DNA of 64,000 nucleotides from Octopus sinensis (GCF_006345805.1 NW_021833799.1:21867-85866); one strand, 5' to 3'; positions 48,870-61,289 are shown, counted from the stretch's first letter. Made by a program: numbers and translations. Notes: generated by a model from the letters alone, not told the origin.

Positions 48870-49926
48870 ACATACATATATATATACATATATATACATA
48901 TACATATATATACATATATATAAACATATATATACATATAATAATACATATATATATACATACATATATATATACATATATATACTATACATATATATAC
49001 ATATATATATACTATATATACATATACATATATATATACATATATATACATACATATATATATACATATTATTACATATAATATACATATATATACATAT
49101 ACATATATATACATATATATATATACATATATACATATATATATATACATATATATACATATACATATTATACATATATATATACATATATATACATATA
49201 CATATATATACATATATATACATATATATATACATATATACATACATATATATATACATATATATACATATAACATATATATACATATATATACATATAC
49301 ATATATACATATATATACATATACATATATATACATATATATATATATATAACATATATACATACATATGTAATATATTTATATATATATATATATATAT
49401 GTATGTATATATATATATGTATATATATGTATGTATATATGTATGTATGGGGAGTGCATACTCATGTGTGAATGTATGTATATATACTTGTATGTGTATG
49501 TATATATATTTATATATAAGTAGATATATACATCAGTATACATACACGTATATGCGCCCTTACCCCCAGAGGCAAGTAAGGTCAGAAACTGTGTATAGTT
49601 GACTCTGTTGTCAGTTACTCAGTTTACAAAAATGGGGAAAGCCCGCGCTTGTGTGTGTGTGTGTGTGTGTGTTTGTGTGTGTGTTTGTGCGTGTGTGTGT
49701 GTTTGTGTGTGTGTGTGTGTTTTTTTGTGTTTGTTGTGTGTGTGTGTGTGTGTTTTTGTGTGTGTGTGTGTGTTTTTGTGTGTGTGTGTGTATGTGTGTT
49801 TGTGCGTGTGTGTGTGTGAGTATGTGTGTGTGTGTGTGAGTATGTGTGTGTTTTGGTGGTGTGTGTGTTTTTGGTGTGTGTGTGTTGTGTGATGTGTGTG
49901 TTTGTGTTTGTCTGTGTGTGTTTGTG

Positions 49927-49959
<33 letters not shown>

Positions 49960-50006
49960 TTTGTGTGTGTGTGTGTGTGTGTGTTTTTGTGTGTGTGTGT
50001 TGTTTT

Positions 50007-50039
<33 letters not shown>

Positions 50040-50622
50040 ATGCGTGTGTTTGTGTGTGTGTGTGTGTGTTTGTGCGTGTGTGTGTGTGTGCACACTTATC
50101 GACCACCTCCATACATTTGCGGATGTATGTTTGTATGTGTGAGTATGTGTATATGTGTGTGTGTGTCTATGTCTGTATGTGTGTGTGTGTCTATGTCTGT
50201 ATGTGTGTGTGTGTGTCTTTGTCTGTATGTGTGTGTGTGTCTATGTCTGTATGTGTGTGTGTGTGTGCGTCTATGTCTGTATGTGTGTGTGTGTGTCTTT
50301 GTCTGTATGTGTGTGTGTGTCTATGTGTGTATGTGTGTGTCTATGTCTGTATGTGTGTGTCTGTATGTGTGTGTGTCTATGTGTGTGTGTGTCTATGTCT
50401 GTATGTGTATGTGTGTGTCTGTGTCTGTATGTGTGTGTGTCTATGTCTGTATGTGTGTGTGTGTGTGTATGTCTGTCTGTGTGTGTGTCTATGTCTGTAT
50501 GTGTGTGTGTGTGTGTGTGTATGTCTGTGTGTGTGTGTGTCTATGTCTGTATGTGTGTGTGTCTATGTATGTCTGTATGTGTGTTTGTGTCTATGTCTGT
50601 ATGTGTGTGTTTGTGTGTGTAT
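48870..50622. repeat. (TACATA)n and (TG)n/(TGTCTA)n microsatellite blocks
   Basis: Direct reading. A short unique island lies at about 49440-49645. Confidence 0.9.
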
Positions 50623-50990
50623 GGCATGGTTAAATAGTAAAGGGTGTTTGGTAAGAAAGGGGCAAAGCGGGCGGGGTGGGTGGGGCGGTACGAAAAAGAG
50701 GGGTTCTCTGAGATGGTGGGGATGGAGACACAGAGGCTGGGGGGGGGCTGATGTATGTGGAGACCCCCTATATATACTGCGCTGACTTCACGATGTTTAT
50801 TTCATCATATGTGTATACAGACACAAACACCCGAATATACCTCTGTCTGTCTGTATGTATGTGTGAGTGTGTGTGTGTGTGAGGACACTTTATACATTAC
50901 AAAACATTGAGTGATTCACTGCCGGCTCTCCCCAGATTTGCATGTACTCACATAAAATATACATCATACATACATATATAATAATATATA

Positions 50991-51600
50991 TATATTTAGT
51001 GAAGGGAAGAATTGAGCTGAACGAAGATTCTACAAAATTCCTTTTTATTATTTTCTACACATGTTTCAAAGGCTGCAAATTCCTAATTCGGATTGAATAT
51101 GGAGACCATTCTGCAGCTTCTCTTCAGGAAAATCCAGGAATTTAAAATCTCAAAACAAATGCGCAGCAAGCTTTTTGGAAACAAAACGCTCCCTAGGAGC
51201 CCATGGTAAAAATGGCACAAATTTTTACCATGGGCTCCTAGGAGCGTTTTATTCGAAAAACTTGCTGCGCATTTGTTTTGAGATTTTAAATTCCTGGATT
51301 TTCCTAAAAAGAAAGCTGCAGAATGGTCTCCTTATTCAATCCGAATTAGGGAATTTGCAGCCTTTGAAACATGGGTAGAAAATAATAAAAAGGAATTTTG
51401 TAGAATCTTCGTTCAGCTCCATTTCTTCCCTTCACTAAATATATAAAACTTCAATTATCTGCGCTAAGGCACGGTTGCGACACCCCATAGTCGTAACCTC
51501 AACCGTGTTTTTTCTGTTGTGATTTTTGCTACCCAGGTATCGGTTAAATTTTGAATAATCCGTAACAAGATAATTCATTTATCCATTTCAATAAAAATTA
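50991..51600. mobile_element. Penelope-like unit: 453-bp near-perfect palindrome (50991-51443, 7-nt loop) plus continuing body
   Basis: Arms of about 223 bp around GGCACAA (51214-51220). Related to the unit at 6772-7206. Confidence 0.75.
51051..51132 (-). ncRNA. Type I hammerhead ribozyme (GUA site) in the left arm
   Basis: Minus strand: TTTTC-CTGAAGA-GAAGCTGCA..TGCAGCCTTT-GAAA-C-atgt-G-T-A-GAAAA. The right-arm copy (51299-51382, +) has the core mutated to CTAAAAA. Confidence 0.72.
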
Positions 51601-51617
51601 TATATATATATATATAT

Positions 51618-52190
51618 ATCATCATCATCATCATCATCGTTTAACGTCCATTCTCCATGCTAGCATGGGTTGGACGGTTCGACCGGGGTCTGGGAAGCCA
51701 GAAGGCTGCACCAGGCTCCAGTCTTTTCTGGCAATGTTTCTACAGCTGGATGCCCTTCCTAACGCCAACCACTCCGTGAATGTAGTGGGTGCTTTCTACG
51801 TGCCACCAGCACAGGTGCCAGTGCCAGGGGAGTCTGGCATCATCCACAATCGGTTGGTGCTTTCTATGTGCCACCAGCACAGAAGCCAGTCGAGGCGGCG
51901 CTGGCATCAGCCATGTTTGGATGGTGCTTTTTATGTGCCAGCGGCACAGAAGCCAGTCGAGGGGGCGCTGGCATCGGCCACGTTCGGATGGTGCTTTTTA
52001 CGTGCCACCGGCACAGGTATCACAACTACTATTTCCATTGATATTTATTTCGATGTTCATGTACTTGACTCAACAGGTCTCCTCAAGCACAGCGGGATAT
52101 TCTGGAATCCAAGGTACTTTGAATGGGCAGGGGCTATGCGGAACTGGTGCAGGAAGCAGCCCAGATCTTTGCAGTCACAGCATATATACA
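51618..52190 (-). mobile_element. Longest family D copy, extending into RTE-like ORF2 end sequence
   Basis: Upstream of the subrepeats the minus strand reads GCTGTGCTTGAGGAGACCTGTTGAGTCAAG, which resembles an RTE ORF2 terminus. Confidence 0.75.
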
Positions 52191-52194
52191 TATA

Positions 52195-52398
52195 TACTCT
52201 TTTACTTGTTTCGGTCATTTGACTGTAGCCATACTGGAGCACCGCCTTTAGTCATGAAATCGACCCACGACGTATTCTTGTAAGCCTGATACTTATTCTA
52301 TTGGTCTCTTTTGCCGAAGCTCTAAGTTACAGGGACGTAAACACACCAGCATCGGTTATCAAGCAATGTTGGGGGGACAAACACAGACACACAAACAT

Positions 52399-52451
<53 letters not shown>

Positions 52452-52610
52452 CATAATATATGACGGGCTTCTTTCAGTTTCCGTCTACCAAATCCACTCA
52501 CAAGGCTTTAGTCAGCCCGGGGCTATAGTAGAAGACACTTGCCCAAGGTGCCATGCAGTGGGACTGAACCCTGGACCATGTGGTTGGTAAGCAAGCTACT
52601 TACCACACAT
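52195..52610 (-). mobile_element. SINE family A, full length
   Basis: Consensus match. Confidence 0.85.
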
Positions 52611-52719
52611 TTATTTTTAGAATGACATTGTAGGGTAGGTGTGATAGGCCAGATATGGCTGGTTTAAGCAGTCAGATTACTGCTTTAGCAGTCAGATTAC
52701 TCTGACAAATGCATCATCG

Positions 52720-53160
52720 TTTAGCATCCGCTTTCCATGCTAGCATGGGCTGGATGATTTGGCTGAGGTCTGGGAAGCCAGAAGGCTGCATCAGGCCCAG
52801 TCTGATCTGGCAGTGTTTCTACGGCTTGATGCCCTTCCTAACGCCAACCTCTCCGTGAGTGTAGTGGGTGCTTTTTACGTGCCACCCGCACAGGTGCCAG
52901 ACGGAGCTGGCAAACAGCCACGAACGGATGGTGCTTTTTACGTGCCACCGGCACAAGGGCCAGGCAAGGCTGGCAACAGCCACGATTGGATGGTGCTTTT
53001 TACGTGCCACCAGCACAGGGGCCAGGCGAGGCTGGCAATGGCCATGATCGGATGGTGCTTTTTACATGCCACCAGCATGGGGGCCAGGCGAGGCTGGCAA
53101 CGGCCACGATCGGATGGTGCTTTTTACGTGCCACCGGCACGGGGGCCAGGCGAGGCTGCA
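52720..53160 (-). mobile_element. Family D copy with 4-5 subrepeats
   Basis: Consensus match. Confidence 0.8.
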
Positions 53161-53876
53161 ATGTTTCTTTATTCACATTGTTTTCTCTTAATCCTGGCTT
53201 ATCTCTTAGCTCTGAGATTTTGATAATACAATCATTTGTTCTTAGAATGACATTGTAGGCTTGGTAAGAGAGGCCAAATCTGTCTGGTTTGATCATAAAA
53301 CAGCCAAAATATTCAGGCCGGATACAGCCAGTTTAAAAACTAGAGCGTCAAAACCATTTTCAATGTTTGACGGGACAGACCGTCGCAACAAGTTAAAATA
53401 AATTGGACCAGTCTTGGTACCGTCAAAAACAAAGAGTCCAATTACTCACTTTCCACGTCGAATCACAGCCTGATAGTTAAGAGTTGCTATGAAATAAGAA
53501 TAAATCTGAAAGGAATGCAGTGATTCATGTGGTTGACTAAAATGTGCTCCAGTATGGCCGCAGTCCCATGGGTCCGTGATTGGGCCCAGTATGACAGTGA
53601 CCGGGACCCAGTTACAAGTACACACACCCTTTTTATGTTTACACTACATCACAAACACACCAGACACACGCATAGACAGAGTAACCACACACACACAGAA
53701 GAGAGACATATTATCCGCGAATATATAGATATAGATACTATACACACCCACAAATATATATGCTTGTAATAATATGTATGATATAGTATATGTTTGTATA
53801 TTATAATGCACATATATGCATACATATATCTATATATATATATACATATATATATATAGATATATAGATATATATA

Positions 53877-53945
<69 letters not shown>

Positions 53946-54688
53946 TAAGGTATGTAGAAAAATACAACATGGACAAGAACGTATAACTCTTAGAAGACGA
54001 TACAATAAACATGGGCAGGACATTCGAACCCCTCAGTCTTCAGTCAAGAACCGGATCATCGTAGTAATTTCGGCATATATATATATTTTACATATATATA
54101 TATATGAATATTATGCATATAAATAATTGTCTATGTGTTTGTATGTTTATGTATATATATATGGTGTGTTATATATATATATATATATACATATATATGT
54201 GTATATATATATATATATAGATAGATATAGATAGATAGATAAATATGAATATATAATGTGTGTACATAGACATGTGAATTTATATGTATATATGTGTGAG
54301 TATACACACACACACACACACACATACATGCTTTTATATATATATATATACACAGACACACACACAAAGTGACTCTAATTGTGTAAGTGATCTGTGTCGG
54401 GGGCCCCGGTGGACATGACAACACGAAGGAAGTCAGCAATGACTTGTGAAGGAATTGATTGGGTGCACAGCTGGATGGCTGTTTGTGTGTGTGTGTGGGT
54501 GCCTCAGGGTGGAGAGGCGAGGCTGGATTAATAAAGGCCGAGGAAGTTTGGATATATTAAGAAATTAGACTCTCAACGGAGCCACCCTTTATGTTGTATG
54601 ACTTGCAAGTCATTTGATTTGGACGTGTGTAGGTATGTATATGTAGGTGTATATACATATATAAAAATATGTGTATGTGTGTATGCGC

Positions 54689-54719
<31 letters not shown>

Positions 54720-54953
54720 TATATGTAGTATATATGTATGTTATATATATATATATTAGTATAATATATAAATATTTATATATATAATATGTATATATAT
54801 CTGTATATATATATGTATATAAATATATGTATATATATGTATATAAATATATATATATAAATATATGATATAAATATATACATATAATATATTAAAATAT
54901 ATACATATATATATATATAAATATATACATATATATATATATAAATATATTAC

Positions 54954-54988
<35 letters not shown>

Positions 54989-55006
54989 AATATATATGTA
55001 TATATG

Positions 55007-55067
<61 letters not shown>

Positions 55068-55109
55068 ATATATATATGATATATATGTATGTATATATAT
55101 ATATATATG

Positions 55110-55420
55110 TGTGGAGGTGCAATGGCCAGTGGTTAGGGCAGCGGACTCGCGGTCGTAGGAACGCAGTTTCGATTCCCAGACCGGGTGTTGTGAGTGTTTA
55201 TTGAGCGAAAACACCTAAAGCTCCTTGAGGCTCCAACTGGGGGGGGGGATCCCTGCTGTACTCTTTCGCCGCAACTTTCTCTCACTCTTTCTTCTGCTGG
55301 CCAGCCCGCTTAGCCAGCGGGGTGGCGTCATTTGAAGGCTAAAACAATGCGAAGCGCATTGTGACCAGCGATGTGTAGCAACATCTGATAGCCTGGTCGG
55401 TCATGGTGATCACGGCGATA
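55110..55420 (+). mobile_element. SINE family B variant with an alternative 3' tail
   Basis: Family B head. The tail GGGTGGCGTCATTTGAAGGC..GCCTGGTCGGTCA is related to the one at 22550-22650 (minus). Confidence 0.8.
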
Positions 55421-55540
55421 TATATAAATATATAAAATATGAATTAGAGATAAAGCCACTATTAGGCAACTCAAACAGCGAAAAACATAAACCAAAACAT
55501 AAAAAACAAATAAATAAATATAATTAATATAATATAGATA

Positions 55541-56283
55541 GTTCCAAGTTCCCATCTCACAATATCAGTCTATTCCGAGACGATGGACTGGGAATTTCCC
55601 ATGGCTGTAAGGGGAAAAAACCTCATCACCTTTAGTCGATTAGACCTGAAATTCAGACACCTGTGATGGCCCCTTTATATTATTAAATGCACTGAGTTCC
55701 AAGTTCCCATCTCACAATATCAGTCTATTCCGAGACGATGGACTGGGAATTTCCCATGGCTGTAAGGGGAAAAAGCCTCATCACCTTTTGTTGATTAGGC
55801 CTGCAATTCAGACACCTGTGATGCCCCTTTATATTATTAAATGCACTGAGTTCCAAGTTCCCATCTCACAATATCAGTCTATTCCGAGACGATGGACTGG
55901 GAATTTCCCATGGCTGTAAGGGGAAAACCTCATCACCTTTTGTTGATTAGGCCTGCAATTCAGACACCTGTGATGGCCCCTTTATATTATTAAATGCACT
56001 GAGTTCCAAGTTCCCATCTCACAATATCAGTCTATTCCGAGACGATGGACTGGGAATTTCCCATGGCTGTAAGGGGAAAAAGCCTCATCACCTTTTGTTG
56101 ATTAGGCCTGCAATTCAGACACCTGTGATGGCCCCTTTATATTATTAAATGCACTGAGTTCCAAGTTCCTATCTCACAATATCAGTCTATTCCGAGACGA
56201 TGGACTGGGAATTTCCCATGGCTGTAAGGGGAAAAAACCTCTTCACCTTTAGTTGATTAGACCTGAAATTCAGACACCTGTGA
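55541..56283. repeat. Tandem array of 153-155 bp (about 4.8 copies)
   Basis: GTTCCAAGTTCC at 55541, 55696, 55850, 56003 and 56158. Confidence 0.95.
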
Positions 56284-56454
56284 AAAGTTGATTTTTTTTT
56301 TACATGTTTCCTTAGATCTAAACTCCTACACTTGTTAATCACAATATAAACCCAAAAAGACAATTTCCTACAAACACAAACAGTCATGCCACCCACCCAG
56401 CCTATAGTGTTTCAAAAACCTCATAGCAATACAATATCTAAGCACTCTTCTCCC

Positions 56455-56557
56455 TCCCTATCTACCTATCTATCTATCTATCTAACTTGCTACATACCTA
56501 TCTATTTATCTCGCTCTCTCTCTCTCTCTATCTATCTATCATCCATCCATCAGTCCT

Positions 56558-56607
<50 letters not shown>

Positions 56608-56830
56608 AGGCCATCTGTCTGTCTGTCTGTCCATCTATTTATCCATGCATGTATGTATCTATCTATCTGCTTATTTATCTGTCTATCAATTTGTGTGCTT
56701 ATCTCTCTATATATATATGTGTGTCTATCTATCTATCTATCAATCTATCTATCTATCTATCTGTCTGTCTGTCAGTCAGTCAGTCTGTCTGTCTGTCTAT
56801 CTATCAATCTATCTATCTATCTATCTATCT
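56455..56830. repeat. (TATC/TGTC)n microsatellite
   Basis: Direct reading. Confidence 0.95.
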
Positions 56831-57134
56831 AGTACTTATTCTATCGGTCTCTTTTGCTGAACCGCTAAGTTACAGAGACGTAAACACACCACCATCGGTT
56901 GTCAAGCGATGTTGGGGGACAAACACAGACACACAAACACACACACATATATACATATATACGACAGGCTTCTTTCAGTTTCCGTCTACCAAATCCACTC
57001 ACAAGGCTTTGGTCGGCCCGAGGCTATAGTAGGAGACACTTGCACAAGGTTCCACGCAGTGGGACTGAACCTGGAACCATGTGGTTGGTTAGCAAGCTAC
57101 TTACCACACAGCCACTCCTGCACCTACATATATA

Positions 57135-57175
<41 letters not shown>

Positions 57176-57331
57176 CGGGCTTCTTTCAGTTTCCATCTAC
57201 CAAATCCACTCACAAGGCTTTGGTCGGCCAAGGCTTTAGTAGAAGCCAATGCCCAATGTGCCACGCAGTGGGACTGAACCCGGAACCATGTGGTTGGTAA
57301 GCAAGCTACTTACCACACAGCCACTCCTACG

Positions 57332-57368
<37 letters not shown>

Positions 57369-57720
57369 TTACACGACGGGCTTCTTCCAGTTTCCATCTA
57401 CCAAATCCACTCACAAGGCTTTGGTCGGCCCCAGGCTATAGTAGAAGACACTTGACCAAGGTGCCACGCAGTGGGACTGAACCCGGAATTATATGGTTGG
57501 GAAGCAAGCTACTTACCACACAGCCACTCCTACGCCTATATATATATATATATATACATACGACGGGCTTCTTTCAGTTTCCGTCTACCAAATCACCACA
57601 AGGCTTTGGTCGGCCCCAGTCTATAGTAGAAGACACTTGCCCAAGGTGCCACGCAGTGGGACTGAACCCGGAACCATATGGTTGGTAAGCAAGCTACTTA
57701 CCACACAGCCACTCCTACAC
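56830..57720 (-). mobile_element. SINE family A with four tandem 5' halves separated by (AT)n
   Basis: Head copies at about 56960-57128, 57172-57335, 57373-57540 and 57559-57720. There is a single tail (56830-56935). Confidence 0.85.
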
Positions 57721-57750
57721 ATATATTTTACACTACTAAACTTTTTTTTA

Positions 57751-58100
57751 GTTCTCGTTGGGCCTATTACTGAAATTAGGTTTCTGATCTTTTAGAATAA
57801 CAAACACTTCTATTTTTTGGCTAAGCGTTGTAATCCATCATCAATTTTACAGCATTTAGAGAGGAATTCAACCTCATTAATACCATTTTATCTGTCTATG
57901 TTAGCTTTTCTGTTATACTTAGCAGAAACGGTGTCAGTTAGTAACTTATCTTATAATCATCTGTAACTTTATAAAGGTCATTGGACTTATCAGAAAATAT
58001 GGACTTATTTTTAGAGCTGCTAGAATTTCCAATATCAGATTTTAGTTTTGCTTGAAAAGGGTTATAGTACTTGTGGAATTTTATATTGGCAGCTAAATCC
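57751..58100 (-). pseudogene. Penelope-like element reverse transcriptase N-terminal fragment (frameshifted)
   Basis: The minus strand reads NIKFHKYYNPFQAKLKSDI..SDKSNDLYKV / DKLLTDTVSAKY / IDDGLQRLAKK / EVFVILKDQKPNFSNRP. This matches the recalled invertebrate PLE motif AFITLKDHKxNFxNxPxCRLINP. Confidence 0.75.
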
Positions 58101-58119
58101 AGGGGCCATATATCTCTCT

Positions 58120-58465
58120 CTTTTACTTGTTTCAGTCATTTGACTGCAGCCATGCTGGAGCACCGCCTTTAATCGAGCAACTCGACCCCGGGACTTATTC
58201 TTTTTGTAAGCCCAGTACTTATTCTATCGGTCTCTTTTGCCGAACTGCTAAGTAAAGGGGACATAAGCACACCAGCATCAGTTGTCAAGCAATGCTAGGG
58301 GGACAAACACAGACACACATACACATATATATATATATATACATACAATGCTTTGGTCGGCCCGAGGCTATAGTAGAAGACACTTGCCCAAGGTGCCACA
58401 TAGTGGGACTGAACCCGGAACCATGTGGTTGGTAAGCAAGCTACTTACCACACAGCCACTCCTAT
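58120..58465 (-). mobile_element. SINE family A
   Basis: Consensus match. Confidence 0.85.
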
Positions 58466-58622
58466 ATATATATATATATACATTTAAAGCCAAATCATTT
58501 CAGGGGCCCTATTATGGATCCCCAATTTACTATTGGATGATAATAATAATAGTAATTATAATTTTAATTATAACATCCAAAAATACCTTAGGAATGAGAA
58601 CACAGGTTCGAAATTTCCCCAA

Positions 58623-58668
58623 GACACCTGATGAAGGCTGGAGGGTATATCAGCCGAAATGCCGTGTT
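58623..58668 (+). ncRNA. Decayed type I hammerhead motif in a Penelope-like fragment (58490-58710)
   Basis: GACAC-CTGATGA-A-GGCTG-loop-CAGCC-GAAA-TG-CC-GTGTT. U16.1 is lost. Confidence 0.5.
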
Positions 58669-58769
58669 AACAACATACAAAATGAGGACAAATATCTGTC
58701 AAATGTAAATAATGTATATATATATACTGTAAATAATGTATATGTATATATGTATGTGTATATATATCT

Positions 58770-59102
58770 GAGACCCCCTTCGGTCATGACACAGACCATG
58801 GGATTGCACCTAGAAAGTTACCCTCCCAGGCACCAGTCTAGGCAAGGTTGTTTATGGAAGACCAGCAGTCGCCCATGCATACCGGCCTCCCCTCTCCACG
58901 CCACCAGTCCTATCCAAGGGGAAGGCAAAGGTCGATACAGCTTGGCACCAGTGACGTCGCAACTCATTTCTACAGTTGAGTGAACTGGAGCAACGTGAAA
59001 TAAAGTGCCTTGCTCAAGAACACAACACGCAGCCTGGTCCGGGATTCGAGCTCACAACCGCACGATCGTAAGCTCGACGCTCTAACCACTGAGCCATGCA
59101 CC
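58770..59102 (-). mobile_element. SINE family E, full length
   Basis: The minus-strand head is GGTGCATGGCTCAGTGGTTAGAGCGTCG..GAGCTCGAATCCCGG. Confidence 0.85.
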
Positions 59103-59309
59103 TTTACTCTATATATATACTATATATATATATTTATATTATATATATATATATATATATATTCGGTTTAAGTAATGAGATTCAAGTGAGTTCTAATGAA
59201 TTCAAATGATTATGGTCCTAACTGTGGATGCACCGGAAATCTATATGGTGTTAACCATACGACAAGGGGGTGATTACAATAGGAAAAAAGCAACAAGAAT
59301 GGATTAAAA

Positions 59310-59403
59310 TCTCAGTACAATTGTTTCGTACGAAGACATCTTTAATAAGCTACAAAAAATGCCAGTAAAGTAAATATAGATGGCTCGTACTCGTCAGCCG
59401 AAA
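59310..59403 (-). ncRNA. Type I hammerhead ribozyme (GUA site) within a (TA)n-flanked non-coding unit of about 350 bp (59161-59508)
   Basis: Minus strand: TTTCGG-CTGACGA-GTACGAG..TTCGTAC-GAAA-C-aatt-G-T-A-CTGAGA. The core is intact. Confidence 0.75.
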
Positions 59404-59508
59404 AACATCAGAGATTCCCAAACATCAAAAGGGGTGGGTAGATACAAATGAGGTGTGAGTTTAACTGCATTGAAGAAAGTTCGATTCCTGGAGATCCGAT
59501 GACATTAG

Positions 59509-59542
<34 letters not shown>

Positions 59543-59559
59543 GATATAGATAGATAGAT

Positions 59560-59604
<45 letters not shown>

Positions 59605-59829
59605 AGATAGATAGATAGATAGATAGATAGACAAACAGACAGACAGATTATGGTCAGCAATGCATTAGTCTCATCAGGAAGGATATAAATAACAAACTTG
59701 TTCAATTTTCCAATTTTCCACTAAATATGACTCACTATCCCAGATTTTAAATCCTGGAACACTTAAGTAATATTTAGCTACCTTGTAAATATTCCCCTGG
59801 GTTTTTCCTTTAAATTATATGTGTCTGTC

Positions 59830-60240
59830 TGTGTGTCTGTGTTTCTATCTGTGTTTGTCCCCCACCCCCCACCACTGCTTCACAACCGGTGTTGGTGTGT
59901 TTATGTCCCTGTAACTTAAAAAAATAAGTCCTGGGGTCGATTTGTTTGACTGGTAAAAAAAAACCTCCCTTCGGTGCAGTACTCCAGCATGGCCGCATTC
60001 AAATGACTGAAACAAGTAAGAGAATAAACAAATATATCTGTGTGTGTGTGTGTGTCTCTTTGTATCTGTGACCCTCCACCACTTGACAACCGGTGTTGGT
60101 GTGTTTACATCCCTCGTAACACTAGCTGTTCGGCAAAAGAGACCGATAGAATAAGCACCAGTCCTGGAGTCAATTCATTTAAATTAAATTCTTCATGGCG
60201 ATGCCCCAGCATGGCCACAGTCTAATGATTGAAACAAGCA
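59830..60240 (+). mobile_element. Two SINE family A 3' halves
   Basis: Consensus tail matches. Confidence 0.75.
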
Positions 60241-60269
60241 AGAGATAAGAGATACCCACTTACATGCTG

Positions 60270-60840
60270 GTATATATATGTGTGTATATACATATATGTG
60301 TGTGTGTGTATACGTGTGTGTGTATGTGTATATATATATATGTGTGTGTGTGTGTGTTTATATATGTGTGTGTGTATATATATGTGTGTGAGTGTGTGTG
60401 TATATATATGTGTGTGAGTGTGTGTATATATATATGTGTGTGAGTGTGTGTGTATATATGTGTGTATATATATGTGTGTGTATATATGTGTGTGTGTATA
60501 TATATATGTGTGTGTGTAAATATGTGTGTGTGTATATATGTGTGTGTATATATATGTGAGTGTGTATATATGTGAGTGTGTGTGTATATATGTGTGTGAG
60601 TGTATATATATGTGTATATATATGTGTGTGTGTATGTGTATATATATGTATGTGTATATATATATGTGTGTATATATGTGTGTGTGTATATATATATATG
60701 TGTGTGTATATATGTGAGTATGTGTGTGAGTGTGTGTATATATATATATGTGTGTGTGTATATATATATATATGTGTGTGTGTGTATATATATATATATG
60801 TGTGTGTATATGTGTATATATATGTGTGTGTGTGTATATA
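60270..60840. repeat. (TG/TA)n compound microsatellite
   Basis: Direct reading. Confidence 0.95.
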
Positions 60841-61105
60841 AGGTTACACTAACAGAGAAAGTAATGGATAAAGAAGGAGTGATATAAAGCTACAGAAACA
60901 GGAGACTCCCCTCCAGGGACCGAGTATTCTGGAAAGTAAACTTTGTCATGTGACTCCATAAATCTGAATAATGGAGAATACTTGTCCCCGTGTGTGGCTG
61001 ACACTGGATATGTATTGGGGTATATATTTTATGGGCGTGTGTTGATGTTTGTGTGTGTCTGTCTGTTTGTCTGTCTAGTTGCATGTTTACGCATGTATGT
61101 GTACA

Positions 61106-61138
<33 letters not shown>

Positions 61139-61246
61139 TATATGTTTTCTCGCTTACTCAGTGGAGAAGGGATCAGGGTGTCGCCAAGTGGTGGCTCATA
61201 ATGTATGTATGTGTGTATATATGTATTTATATATGTATATATATGT

Positions 61247-61289
<43 letters not shown>

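Noticed and set aside
50660-50800. GC boxes plus TATA-like TATATATA suggesting a promoter
   Set aside because: The motifs are too common in this microsatellite-rich sequence, and no downstream exon was identified.
54015-54050. Minus-strand CTGAAGA..GAATGTC hammerhead candidate
   Set aside because: No convincing stem I or stem II, and GAAA is incomplete.
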